From Candidatus Saccharimonadota bacterium (lineage in GTDB: Bacteria > Bacteroidota > Bacteroidia > Flavobacteriales > Blattabacteriaceae), in assembly GCF_014251775.1 (NCBI RefSeq), contig NZ_CP059199.1, positions 150,001 through 182,000 of the forward strand: a stretch of DNA of 32,000 bases, written 5' to 3'. Every line of letters begins with the position of its first letter. The first letter of the stretch is position 1. The position numbers and the translations under genes are program-made. Shown here piece after piece: positions 1 through 9,385 of this stretch. Below the pieces are notes generated by a model. It saw nothing but the letters and a program-made list of their open reading frames with translations. It ran no database searches and was not told the DNA's origin.

Positions 1-1347
1 GTGTATTCTACATTTAAAATAGATACATTTTCATTAATACAATCCGGACTTTTTGCTTTACAGCATAGAGGGCAAGAGGCTTGTGGGTTTTCTGTATTAC
101 GTGATGGATATATTTTATCTCATAAAAGTGAAGGATTAGTTTTAGATTTTTTTAAAAAAATATCTAATTCTGATTTTTATAATGGAAATGCAGTAATTGG
201 ACATACTCGTTATTCAACAGAAGGAGGAATCAGCAAAAAAAACATTCAACCTTTTTTTGGAGAAAATTCATTTGGAAAGAGTACTATTTCAATAGTTCAT
301 AATGGAAATTTAATTAATGCAAGAAATACAAGAAAAAAACTAGAATCTTTAGGGATTAATTTTATTTCTGAATATTCTGATTCAGAGGTGATATTACGTT
401 TGATTCAGAAAAATTTGCTAGAATCTAATAATAATTTAGAAGAATCTATAAAAAAAACAACTTTAAATATTAAAGGTGCATATTCAGTAATTGTTTTAAT
501 GGATAATAAAATAGCTGCATTTCGAGATCCAAATGGAATCAGACCTTTATGTTATGGAATTTTAAACGAAGAAACTTATATTTTTAGTTCAGAAACTTGT
601 GGAATTGATTCTATAGGTGGAACTTATATAAGAGATTTATTCCCAGGAGAAATAATTATTATAGATAAAAAATCATCCAAATTCTCTATGATAAAAAAAA
701 TCAATCATCTAAAAAAAAGAATATGTTCTTTTGAATATATTTATTTTTCTCGTCCTGATTCTTTTATTGAAAATTTAAATGTCTATAAAATCAGAGAAAA
801 AAGTGGGGAAAAACTTTATGAACAACATCCAGTAAAAGCTGATGTAGTAATTGGGGTCCCTGATTCAGGTATACCAGCTGCTATAGGATATTCTAAAGTT
901 TCAGGTATACCATTTAAACCAATTTTAATAAAAAATAAATATATTGGTAGATCTTTCATACTCCCCCAAAAAAAAATACGAGAAAAAATGGTTAATTTAA
1001 AATTAAATCCTATTTTACATGAAATACAAGGGAAACGTATAGTTATTATAGATGATTCTATAGTCCGTGGAACAACTAGTCGTAAATTAGTTAATATTTT
1101 AAGAAATGCAGGAGCTAAAGAAATTCATTTTAGAAGTGCTTCACCGCCAATTATTGCTCCATGTCATTTAGGAGTAAATACTCCAATAAAAAAAGATCTT
1201 TTTTTTAATGAAAAAGTTGATAAGGATCAAGTCGCTAAAATTTTAGATGTAGATAGTTTAGAATTTTTAAGTATGAAAAATTTAATAGATATATTAGGAA
1301 GTAAAAATCATTGTTTTGGCTGTTTCAATGGAGATTATCCAATTTAG
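1..1347 (+). CDS. purF: Amidophosphoribosyltransferase (glutamine-PRPP amidotransferase), 5' end cut by window edge
   Basis: Contains LQHRGQEACG, the PRTase motif RIVIIDDSIVRGTTS, and Cys contexts of the Bacillus-type 4Fe-4S enzyme (ICSFEYIYF, APCHLG, CFGCF). The N-terminal catalytic Cys segment is missing, so the leading GTG at position 1 is not the true start. TAG stop at 1345-1347. Confidence 0.93.
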   Translation: MYSTFKIDTFSLIQSGLFALQHRGQEACGFSVLRDGYILSHKSEGLVLDFFKKISNSDFYNGNAVIGHTRYSTEGGISKKNIQPFFGENSFGKSTISIVHNGNLINARNTRKKLESLGINFISEYSDSEVILRLIQKNLLESNNNLEESIKKTTLNIKGAYSVIVLMDNKIAAFRDPNGIRPLCYGILNEETYIFSSETCGIDSIGGTYIRDLFPGEIIIIDKKSSKFSMIKKINHLKKRICSFEYIYFSRPDSFIENLNVYKIREKSGEKLYEQHPVKADVVIGVPDSGIPAAIGYSKVSGIPFKPILIKNKYIGRSFILPQKKIREKMVNLKLNPILHEIQGKRIVIIDDSIVRGTTSRKLVNILRNAGAKEIHFRSASPPIIAPCHLGVNTPIKKDLFFNEKVDKDQVAKILDVDSLEFLSMKNLIDILGSKNHCFGCFNGDYPI

Positions 1348-1356
1348 AATGAAATT

Positions 1357-2349
1357 ATGAAAAAATATGACAAGTTTATAGATAAAATTGGAAAAATTTT
1401 AAAAAATACTTATAACAAAAAAGTATTAAGTAATATAAAAAATTTTTCTGGATTTTATAAAATAAATCATGAATATAAAAATCCTGTAATTGTTTCTGGA
1501 ACAGATGGAGTAGGAACAAAAATTTGTTTAGCACTAGAATATAAAAAATATAGTGTAATTGGAAAAGATTGTTTTGCAATGTGTATAAACGATATTTTAT
1601 GCCATGGTGCAACTTCTTTATTTTTTTTAGATTATTTAGCTTGTAATAAAATTGATTCCTATATTATGGAAAAAATAATTAATGGCATAGCTAATTCATG
1701 TAAATTAACTAATACATGTTTTATTGGAGGAGAAACTGCCGAAATGCAAGATATATATCCCAATAATATTTATGATATAGCCGGATTTTGTGTAGGAATT
1801 GTAGATGAATGTGATATTATAGATGGAAAAAAATTAATACAAGAAAATGATGTTATAATAGGGATTCCATCATCCGGAATTCATAGTAATGGATTTTCTT
1901 TAATTAGAAAAATTTTTTCTAAAGATGATTTTGAAAAATGTTTTTTTAACAGTAAAAAACCTCTTTATGAATTACTTTTATTTCCAACGAAGATTTATTA
2001 TAATTTCATTCACGTACTATTAAAGAAATTTTCTATACATGGAATTGCTAATATTACTGGAGGAGGAATTTTATGTAATCTATCTAGAATTATTCCAAAC
2101 GGATTAACTGCAATAGTTAAAAAAAATGATATTTTTGTTCCATCTATTTTTTCCTTTATACAAGAAAAAGGAAAAATTTCAGATAAATTAATGTGGGAAA
2201 CATTCAATATGGGGATAGGATTAATTATTATTGTATCTTCTTTAGATAAAGATCTTATTTTAAAAGAAATTATTTCTATAGGTGAGAAACCAATTATAAT
2301 TGGAAATATTGTAAAAACATATAATAATAAAAAAGTTTTTTTAAAATAA
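1357..2349 (+). CDS. purM: Phosphoribosylformylglycinamidine cyclo-ligase (AIR synthetase)
   Basis: 330 aa. Motifs SGTDGVGTK, FLDYLA, GGETAEM, SSGIHSNGFSL, NITGGG, WETFNMGIG. Lies in the pur cluster. Confidence 0.95.
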   Translation: MKKYDKFIDKIGKILKNTYNKKVLSNIKNFSGFYKINHEYKNPVIVSGTDGVGTKICLALEYKKYSVIGKDCFAMCINDILCHGATSLFFLDYLACNKIDSYIMEKIINGIANSCKLTNTCFIGGETAEMQDIYPNNIYDIAGFCVGIVDECDIIDGKKLIQENDVIIGIPSSGIHSNGFSLIRKIFSKDDFEKCFFNSKKPLYELLLFPTKIYYNFIHVLLKKFSIHGIANITGGGILCNLSRIIPNGLTAIVKKNDIFVPSIFSFIQEKGKISDKLMWETFNMGIGLIIIVSSLDKDLILKEIISIGEKPIIIGNIVKTYNNKKVFLK

Positions 2350-2369
2350 ATATTTTTTATTATTTAAAC

Positions 2370-2927
2370 ATGAAAAATATAACTGTTTTAGTTTCCGGAA
2401 ATGGTACAAATATGAAACATATATTGAAAGCCATTAATAATGGAACATTGTATGATTTTAGGATAAATTTAGTGATTTTTGATAGAAAATGTGAGGCTAT
2501 ACAATATGCTATCAAAAAAAATCTTAAATTTTTTCTTTTAAAAAAAGATAAATTTTTATCAAAAAGAATAGATAATTTACTTATAAAAAGTAATCCACAT
2601 ATTATAGTATTATCTGGATTTCTTTCTATACTAAATAAAAATTTTTGTAAAAAATGGATCGGAAAAGTGATAAATATACATCCTTCAATTTTACCTAAAT
2701 ATGGAGGGAAAGGAATGTATGGAAAAAAAGTTCACGAATCAGTAATTAATAATAAAGAAAAAATATCAGGAGCAACAGTACATTACGTGACAGAAAATAT
2801 TGACTCCGGAGACATTATATTGAAAAAAAAATGTAAAGTCTCATCAAATGAGACAATTTATTCTTTGTCTAAAAAAATATCTCTTATCGAAGAAGAAATA
2901 TTAATTGAATCAATAAAAAAATTTTAA
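2370..2927 (+). CDS. purN: Phosphoribosylglycinamide formyltransferase
   Basis: 185 aa. Motifs VLVSGNGTN, NIHPSILPKYGG, SGATVHYVTENIDSGDII. Confidence 0.93.
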   Translation: MKNITVLVSGNGTNMKHILKAINNGTLYDFRINLVIFDRKCEAIQYAIKKNLKFFLLKKDKFLSKRIDNLLIKSNPHIIVLSGFLSILNKNFCKKWIGKVINIHPSILPKYGGKGMYGKKVHESVINNKEKISGATVHYVTENIDSGDIILKKKCKVSSNETIYSLSKKISLIEEEILIESIKKF

Positions 2928-2957
2928 TTATTAAATTAAATTATAAAATTTTTTATT

Positions 2958-4499
2958 ATGAAAAATGTTTTGATTAGTGTTTATCAAAAAAATGAAAAAT
3001 TATTGGAATTTGTTTCTTTTTTATCTAAAAAAGAATATCAGATAATATCTACTAGTGGAACTTATCATTTTTTAATGAAAAATGGTTTTTCACCAATAGA
3101 AGTATCTACTGTAACATCTTATCCTGAAATGTTAGATGGAAGAGTCAAAACCATACATCCTGATATATATGCTGGAATATTAGCTAATCGTTCTATTAAG
3201 AAACACGTTCAATCAATTCAAAATAAAAATATTAAACTAATTGATATTGTATTAATTAATTTTTATCCATTTAAAAAAATGAATAAAAAAAATTTAGATA
3301 TAAAATCTTTAGTAGAATTTATTGATATTGGTGGTCCATCATTGCTTAGAGCTGCAGCAAAAAATTTTTTTTATGTTACTGCTATTACAGATAGCAATGA
3401 TTATTCTTTAGTAAAAGATGAAATTAATTATAATGGATCAACTTCTTTAGAATTAAGAAGAAAATTAGCAGGGAAAGTTTTCAATTTGACATCTATTTAT
3501 GATACTATCATTTCCAATTCTATTTTAGAAGAAAATTTTTCAAAAAATTTTCCTTTTTTTTTAAACTTTTCTTTTGAAAAAAAATTTGATCTACGATATG
3601 GTGAAAATCCTCATCAAAAAGCTGCTTTTTATGTTAATAATTTATCTGAAGATAAAAAAGGAATTATGCATAATTTCAGACAATTACATGGGAAAAAACT
3701 TTCTTTCAATAATATAAGAGATATGGATATAGCTTGGAAAATTGTTAATCAATTTTCTAATCCTACTTGTTGTATAGTTAAACATTCTACTCCTTGTGGA
3801 GTAGCAACTGGAAAAAATGTTTTGGAAGCATTTAAAAAAACTTATTATGCTGATCCAGTTTCTTCTTTTGGGGGGGTGATTGCTTTTAATTATCCTATTT
3901 CAAAAACATTAGCATTAGAAATTAATAAAATTTTTTTAGAATTAATAATTGCACCTAATTATGAGTTAAATACGAATGAAATTTTACAATCAAAGAAAAA
4001 TTTGAGAATTATTATTCTAAAAGATTCAATTTCAGATAAATTAGAATTTGTTCAAGTAGATGGTGGTTTATTAATTCAACAATCCGATTATTTTTTAAAC
4101 AACAAAGAAAATTATAAAATAGTTACTAAAAAAAAATTTTCGGATGAAGAAGTAAAATCTTTATTTTTTGCTCAAAAAGTTGTAAAATACGTTAAATCTA
4201 ATGCAATTGTGATAGCTAGTGAAACACAAACTTTAGGAATTTCTGGAGGTCAGACTAATAGAATTTGGGCTGCAAAAGCAGCTATAAGTAGAGCATTAGA
4301 AAAGAAAAAAAAGAGATTAGTACTAGTTTCTGATGCTTTTTTTCCTTTTAGAGATATTATAGACGAAGTTGCTCATTCAGGAAGTATACAGGCAATTTTA
4401 CAACCAGGAGGATCTATACGAGATGAAGAATCTATAAAAGCTTGCAATGATTATGGAATAGCTATGGCTTTTACTGGTAAAAGATATTTTAAACATTAA
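2958..4499 (+). CDS. purH: Bifunctional AICAR transformylase / IMP cyclohydrolase
   Basis: 513 aa. MGS-like N-terminus (LISVYQK, STSGT, GRVKTIHP). Also RYGENPHQKAAFY, VKHSTPCG, SDAFFPFRD, QPGGSIRD. Confidence 0.96.
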   Translation: MKNVLISVYQKNEKLLEFVSFLSKKEYQIISTSGTYHFLMKNGFSPIEVSTVTSYPEMLDGRVKTIHPDIYAGILANRSIKKHVQSIQNKNIKLIDIVLINFYPFKKMNKKNLDIKSLVEFIDIGGPSLLRAAAKNFFYVTAITDSNDYSLVKDEINYNGSTSLELRRKLAGKVFNLTSIYDTIISNSILEENFSKNFPFFLNFSFEKKFDLRYGENPHQKAAFYVNNLSEDKKGIMHNFRQLHGKKLSFNNIRDMDIAWKIVNQFSNPTCCIVKHSTPCGVATGKNVLEAFKKTYYADPVSSFGGVIAFNYPISKTLALEINKIFLELIIAPNYELNTNEILQSKKNLRIIILKDSISDKLEFVQVDGGLLIQQSDYFLNNKENYKIVTKKKFSDEEVKSLFFAQKVVKYVKSNAIVIASETQTLGISGGQTNRIWAAKAAISRALEKKKKRLVLVSDAFFPFRDIIDEVAHSGSIQAILQPGGSIRDEESIKACNDYGIAMAFTGKRYFKH

Positions 4500-4502
4500 A
4501 AA

Positions 4503-5744
4503 ATGAAAATTTTAATTATTGGTAGTGGAGGACGTGAACATGCTATTGGAAAAAAATTATTAAAAGATAATCCTAATATTCATTTATATTTTTATCCAGG
4601 AAATGGTGGAACTAAATTAATAGGAGAAAATATAGAAGGAGATTATTCTGTTTTAGATCTGTCTTTTTTTTCAAAAAAAAATAATATTGACCTTACAATA
4701 GTAGGATCTGAATTTATTCTTATGAAAGAAATAGTAGATTTATTTAAATTTTATAAACTAAATATAGTGGGTCCTCATTATTTAGCAGCTAGATTGGAAG
4801 GTGATAGGATTTTTGCAAAATCTTTTATGAAAAAATATGGAATTAGAAATCCTAAATATGAAGAATTTGATTCTTATGATAAGGCAATAAATTTTTTAGA
4901 AAAAAATATAATTAATTCATTGGTTATAAAAACTAATGGTTTGGCATCAGGAAAAGGAGTGATTTTGACTCATAACAAAAATGAAGCAAAACAGGCATTA
5001 AAAACTATTATGATAAAAAAGAAATTCGGAGATTCTGGAAATAAAGTTATCATAGAAGAATTTTTACAAGGAAATGAAGTTTCTATAATATCTATTTTTA
5101 ATAATAAAGAAATTATTCCTTTTTTATCTTCTAAAGATTATAAAAAAATAGAAGATAATGATAAAGGATTAAATACAGGAGGAATGGGGGCAATCGTTCC
5201 TAATCCATATATGAATGATTATAATTGGATTGATTTTCAAAAAAATATATTAGAACCTACTTTAGAAGGGATAATGTCAGAAAAATTAAATTTTTTTGGT
5301 TTTTTGTATTTTGGATTGATTATATCTAATAATAAAATTTATTTATTAGAATATAATACTAGAATGGGGGATCCTGAAACACAATCTTTATTACCATTAA
5401 TGAAAAGTAATTTTTTTAAATTATTGATGAATGCTTTTAATGGAGAAAAAATAAATATTTTATGGAAAAATTATTGTTCTTGTTGTGTTGTTTTATCTTC
5501 AAAAGGATATCCAGAAAAATACAGTAAAGGAAATGTTATAAAAGGTATAAATCTTATAGAGGAACCCTTTTATATAGCCGGAGCTGATAAAAAAAATGAT
5601 AAATGGATTACTTCTGGGGGAAGAGTTTTAAATATAATAGGAATAAGTTCTTCTATAAAAGAAGCAAGAAATATAGCTTATAAAAAAATAGAAAAAATTC
5701 AATTCAATGATCTTTATTATCGTAAAGATATCGGTTTATTTTAA
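4503..5744 (+). CDS. purD: Phosphoribosylamine-glycine ligase
   Basis: 413 aa. Motifs ILIIGSGGREHA, ATP-grasp GLASGKGV, IEEFLQGNEVS, EYNTRMGDPETQ, TSGGRVLN. Confidence 0.95.
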   Translation: MKILIIGSGGREHAIGKKLLKDNPNIHLYFYPGNGGTKLIGENIEGDYSVLDLSFFSKKNNIDLTIVGSEFILMKEIVDLFKFYKLNIVGPHYLAARLEGDRIFAKSFMKKYGIRNPKYEEFDSYDKAINFLEKNIINSLVIKTNGLASGKGVILTHNKNEAKQALKTIMIKKKFGDSGNKVIIEEFLQGNEVSIISIFNNKEIIPFLSSKDYKKIEDNDKGLNTGGMGAIVPNPYMNDYNWIDFQKNILEPTLEGIMSEKLNFFGFLYFGLIISNNKIYLLEYNTRMGDPETQSLLPLMKSNFFKLLMNAFNGEKINILWKNYCSCCVVLSSKGYPEKYSKGNVIKGINLIEEPFYIAGADKKNDKWITSGGRVLNIIGISSSIKEARNIAYKKIEKIQFNDLYYRKDIGLF

Positions 5745-5771
5745 TTTAAATAATAATAAAAAAAAAATTAA

Positions 5772-7325
5772 ATGAAAAAAGATTTAATCATTGTATTGGA
5801 TTTTGGATCTCAATATAGTAATTTAATTGCAAAAAGAATAAGAGACATAGGAGTATATACTTTATTATATTCATATAATCTATTATCTATAAAAGATATT
5901 TTATCAAAAAAACCTAAAGGAATTATTTTATCGGGTGGACCTTTTTCGGTTTATAAAAAAAATTCGCCAAAAATATCTAAAGAAATTTTAGAAATTAACA
6001 TTCCATTACTTGGAATTTGTTATGGAATGCAATTAATTTCTTTTTTATTAGGTGGAGTTATCCATCAATCTAATATTAAAGAATACGGAAAAGCACTTTT
6101 AAAAATAAAATGTAAAAAAAATCCATTATTTAGTGGGATTCCTAAAGATAGACATACTACAGTTTGGATGAGTCATTTTGATGAAATAAAAAAAATTCCA
6201 AATGAATTTGATGTTATAGGATCAACTTCATCTTGTACATTTGCAGCTATAGCTCATAAAAAAAAAGATATTTATGCTGTTCAATTTCATCCTGAAGTAA
6301 ACAATACAGAATATGGAAATTCCATATTAAAAAATTTTATCGATAAAATTTGTAAATGTGATCGTAATTGGAAATTAAATAATATTATACAGATAATTAT
6401 TAGTGATATAAAAAATAAAGTATCTAATAATAAAGTTATATTAGGATTTTCTGGGGGATTGGATTCTTTTGTTACCGCATTTTTAATTCATAAAGCTATT
6501 GGAAAACGTTTACATTGTATTTTCGTAGACACAGGATTATTTTTCGTAAAAGAAAAAAATACAATTTTTTCTTTCTTTCATAAAATGAATATTTCTATTA
6601 AAGAAATAAATGCTGAAAATAAATTTTTATCTAAATTGAATGGAATTAGTAATCCGGAAATCAAAAGAAAAATAATAGGAAAAGAATTTATTAATCTTTT
6701 TGAAGAAGAATCCAAAAAAATTAAAAATGTAAAATTTTTAGCTCAAGGAACTATATATTCAGATGTAATTGAATCTTCAAATAATTCAAATGAAAAACTA
6801 AGTAATTCTATAAAATCCCATCACAATGTAGGAGGATTACCAAAATATATGAAATTAAAAATTATTGAACCATTAAAAATGTTATTTAAGGACGAAGTTA
6901 GAAAAATAGGAAAATTATTGAAAATTCCAAATGATATTTTATATCAGTATCCATTTCCAGGTCCAGGTTATAGCATCAGAATTATAGGAAAAATAAATAA
7001 AAAAAAAATTAATATTTTAAAAAAAGCAGAAAATATTCTTTTACAAGAATTAATTAATTATAATTATTATAATTTTATAAGCCAAGCTTTTATAATTTTA
7101 TTACCTATTAAATCAGTAGGAGTTATGGGGGATAAAAGATCATATCAATATACTGCTGTATTACGATCAGTAAATACTGAAGATTTTATGACTGCTACAT
7201 TTTCAAATTTATCTTATGATTTTTTAGAAAAAATTTCAAGTAGAATCATTAATGAAGTTGATGGTATCAATCGTATGTTATACGATATATCGTCAAAACC
7301 TCCATCTACTATTGAATGGGAATAA
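5772..7325 (+). CDS. guaA: GMP synthase (glutamine-hydrolysing)
   Basis: 517 aa. GATase domain (GICYGMQ, QFHPE), PP-loop FSGGLDS, KSHHNVGGLP, C-terminal PPSTIEWE. Confidence 0.96.
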   Translation: MKKDLIIVLDFGSQYSNLIAKRIRDIGVYTLLYSYNLLSIKDILSKKPKGIILSGGPFSVYKKNSPKISKEILEINIPLLGICYGMQLISFLLGGVIHQSNIKEYGKALLKIKCKKNPLFSGIPKDRHTTVWMSHFDEIKKIPNEFDVIGSTSSCTFAAIAHKKKDIYAVQFHPEVNNTEYGNSILKNFIDKICKCDRNWKLNNIIQIIISDIKNKVSNNKVILGFSGGLDSFVTAFLIHKAIGKRLHCIFVDTGLFFVKEKNTIFSFFHKMNISIKEINAENKFLSKLNGISNPEIKRKIIGKEFINLFEEESKKIKNVKFLAQGTIYSDVIESSNNSNEKLSNSIKSHHNVGGLPKYMKLKIIEPLKMLFKDEVRKIGKLLKIPNDILYQYPFPGPGYSIRIIGKINKKKINILKKAENILLQELINYNYYNFISQAFIILLPIKSVGVMGDKRSYQYTAVLRSVNTEDFMTATFSNLSYDFLEKISSRIINEVDGINRMLYDISSKPPSTIEWE

Positions 7326-7330
7326 AATAT

Positions 7331-8170
7331 TTAAATCATCATATGAATCAATTTATATAAATTTTTTTTTAATTCTGTTCTAGGTGATATTAAATCTATA
7401 AATCCATGTTCCATTAAAAATTCTGAAGTTTGGAATCCTTTTGGTATATCTCTTCCTATTATTTCTTTAATAACCCTAGGGCCAGCAAAACCAATTAATG
7501 CACCTGGTTCTGCAATATTAATATCTCCAAGTAAAGCGTAAGAAGCGGTTACCCCCCCCGTAGTTGGATCAGTAAGTACTGATATATAAGGTAAATTAGA
7601 TTCTCTTAATTGAGTAAATCTAGCTATTGTTTTAGCCATTTGCATTAAAGAAAAAGAAGATTCCATAATTCTTGCTCCTCCAGATTTTGATATTAAAATA
7701 TATGGTAGTTTTTGATCAATACAATATTTTATTGCTCTAGATATTTTTTCACCTACTACAGACCCCATAGATCCGCCTATAAAAGAAAAATCCATACAAG
7801 ATATTAACACTTTTATTCCCCCTATTTTTCCTTTTCCTGTTCTAATAGCATCATATAAATTTGTTTTTTTTCTAGCTTCTGTTATTCTATCGGTATATTT
7901 TTTATAATCTATCCATTTTATAGGGTCTTTACTGGTAATTTTTATATTCATTTCCATAAATTTTCCATTATCGAAAAGAATTTTAAAATATTCTTTACTA
8001 TGAATTCTTACATGATATCCATCTTCTGGATTAACATATGCATTCTTTTTTAATTTTTCGGTATCTACTATTTTTCCATTAGGAGTTTTATACCATAAAC
8101 CTTTAGGTAAATCTTTTCTATCATCTATGGATGTTAAAATTTTTTTCTTTTTTCTTAAAAACCAATCCAT
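7331..8170 (-). CDS. accD: Acetyl-CoA carboxylase carboxyltransferase beta subunit
   Basis: 279 aa. Motifs [46 protein letters not shown]. The N-terminal zinc-finger positions carry no cysteine (see findings). Confidence 0.93.
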   Translation of the reverse strand: MDWFLRKKKKILTSIDDRKDLPKGLWYKTPNGKIVDTEKLKKNAYVNPEDGYHVRIHSKEYFKILFDNGKFMEMNIKITSKDPIKWIDYKKYTDRITEARKKTNLYDAIRTGKGKIGGIKVLISCMDFSFIGGSMGSVVGEKISRAIKYCIDQKLPYILISKSGGARIMESSFSLMQMAKTIARFTQLRESNLPYISVLTDPTTGGVTASYALLGDINIAEPGALIGFAGPRVIKEIIGRDIPKGFQTSEFLMEHGFIDLISPRTELKKNLYKLIHMMI

Positions 8171-8178
8171 GAATTATT

Positions 8179-9252
8179 TTATAAAGTATTAATATTGTTC
8201 ATTAATTCAAAATATTTTTTTAATAATCTTTTAAAAGATTTTTCACCTTCTCTTAACCAAATTCTAGGATCATAATATTTTTTATTTGGAATATGTTTAC
8301 CTTGTGGATTTCCTATTTGTTTTTTTAAATATTCTTTATTTATTTTCATATAATCTCGTATTCCAGAAGTAAAAGCGTATTGTAAATCAGTATCAATATT
8401 CATTTTAACTACACCATAATTAATTGATTTTTTTATTTCTTCTTTAGAAGAACCGGATCCCCCATGAAAAACTAAAGAAATTGGATTTTTTTTAGTATTC
8501 ATTTTTTGTTGTACATATTCTTGTGATTTTTTTAAAAGATCAGTACGTAAAATAACATTTCCAGGTTTATATACTCCATGAACATTTCCGAATGATGCTG
8601 CTATAATAAAATTTTCACTTATGTTCATTAATTTTCGATAAGCATAATATACATCTTCTGGTTGAGAATAAAGTTTTTTGTTCTCAATATTAGAATTATC
8701 TATTCCATCTTCTTCTCCACCAGTAACACCTAATTCTATTTCAATTGTCATTTTATAATTAGTCATTTCTCTGAAATATCTTTCGCAAATTTTTATATTA
8801 TTTTCTAAAGATTCTTGAGAAAGATCTAACATATGAGAACTAAATAAAGTAGTTCCAAATTTTTGGTGGTAATTTTTATTAGCTTCTATTAATCCATCTA
8901 TCCAAGGTAAGAAAAATTTAGAACAATGATCCGTATGAAGTATTACTGTTGCTTTATAAAATTTAGCTAACTCATGAATATGCATTGCTGCTGATATAGA
9001 ACCTTTTACAGCAGCTTCTTGTTTATTTTTATTTTTAATTGAACCAATTCCAGCATTAAAAATTGCACCTCCATTAGACAATTGAATAATAATAGGTGAA
9101 TTAATTTCAGAAGCGGTTTCCATTGCGGCATTCATTGTATTGGATCCTATAACGTTTACAGCTGGTATGGCAAAAGATTTTTCTTTAGCATATTCAAATA
9201 TATCTTTAACAAGATTACCGGTAATTACTCCATAAGGAAATTTTCTAGACAT
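8179..9252 (-). CDS. fbaA: Class II fructose-bisphosphate aldolase
   Basis: Motifs AVNVIGSNTMNA, HTDHC, IELGVTGGEEDG, FGNVHGVYKPG, FHGGSGS. I start it at the ATG at 9252 (MSRKFPYGV, giving 357 aa). The track's TTG at 9282 adds 10 non-conserved residues and would cover a TAnnTTTG box. Confidence 0.93.
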   Translation of the reverse strand: MSRKFPYGVITGNLVKDIFEYAKEKSFAIPAVNVIGSNTMNAAMETASEINSPIIIQLSNGGAIFNAGIGSIKNKNKQEAAVKGSISAAMHIHELAKFYKATVILHTDHCSKFFLPWIDGLIEANKNYHQKFGTTLFSSHMLDLSQESLENNIKICERYFREMTNYKMTIEIELGVTGGEEDGIDNSNIENKKLYSQPEDVYYAYRKLMNISENFIIAASFGNVHGVYKPGNVILRTDLLKKSQEYVQQKMNTKKNPISLVFHGGSGSSKEEIKKSINYGVVKMNIDTDLQYAFTSGIRDYMKINKEYLKKQIGNPQGKHIPNKKYYDPRIWLREGEKSFKRLLKKYFELMNNINTL

Positions 9253-9279
9253 ATTAATTACAACTTTTTGAAAGATAAA

Positions 9280-9287
9280 CAAATGTA
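9280..9287 (-). promoter_or_regulatory. Candidate Bacteroidota -7 box (TACATTTG) upstream of fbaA-accD
   Basis: The minus strand reads TACATTTG, matching TAnnTTTG. There are 27 nt between the box and the fbaA ATG at 9252. I saw no clear -33 element. Confidence 0.3.
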
Positions 9288-9385
9288 AAAATAAAGTATT
9301 ATTATCACTATAACATAATTTTTTTTAATAAAATGTTTTTTTGAGTATATAACCATTTTACAATAAAACTATATTAATTATAATT

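Noticed and set aside
9253-9282. TTG-initiated 10-codon N-terminal extension of fbaA (MFIFQKVVIN)
   Set aside because: The extension is not conserved. The ATG at 9252 yields the canonical MSRKF... N-terminus and an E. coli-like length. The extension would also contain the candidate -7 box at 9280-9287.
9253-9385. 133-bp divergent fbaA/helicase spacer as a possible small gene or RNA
   Set aside because: It has no ORF of meaningful length and no structured or GC-containing segment. I interpret it as a bidirectional promoter region.
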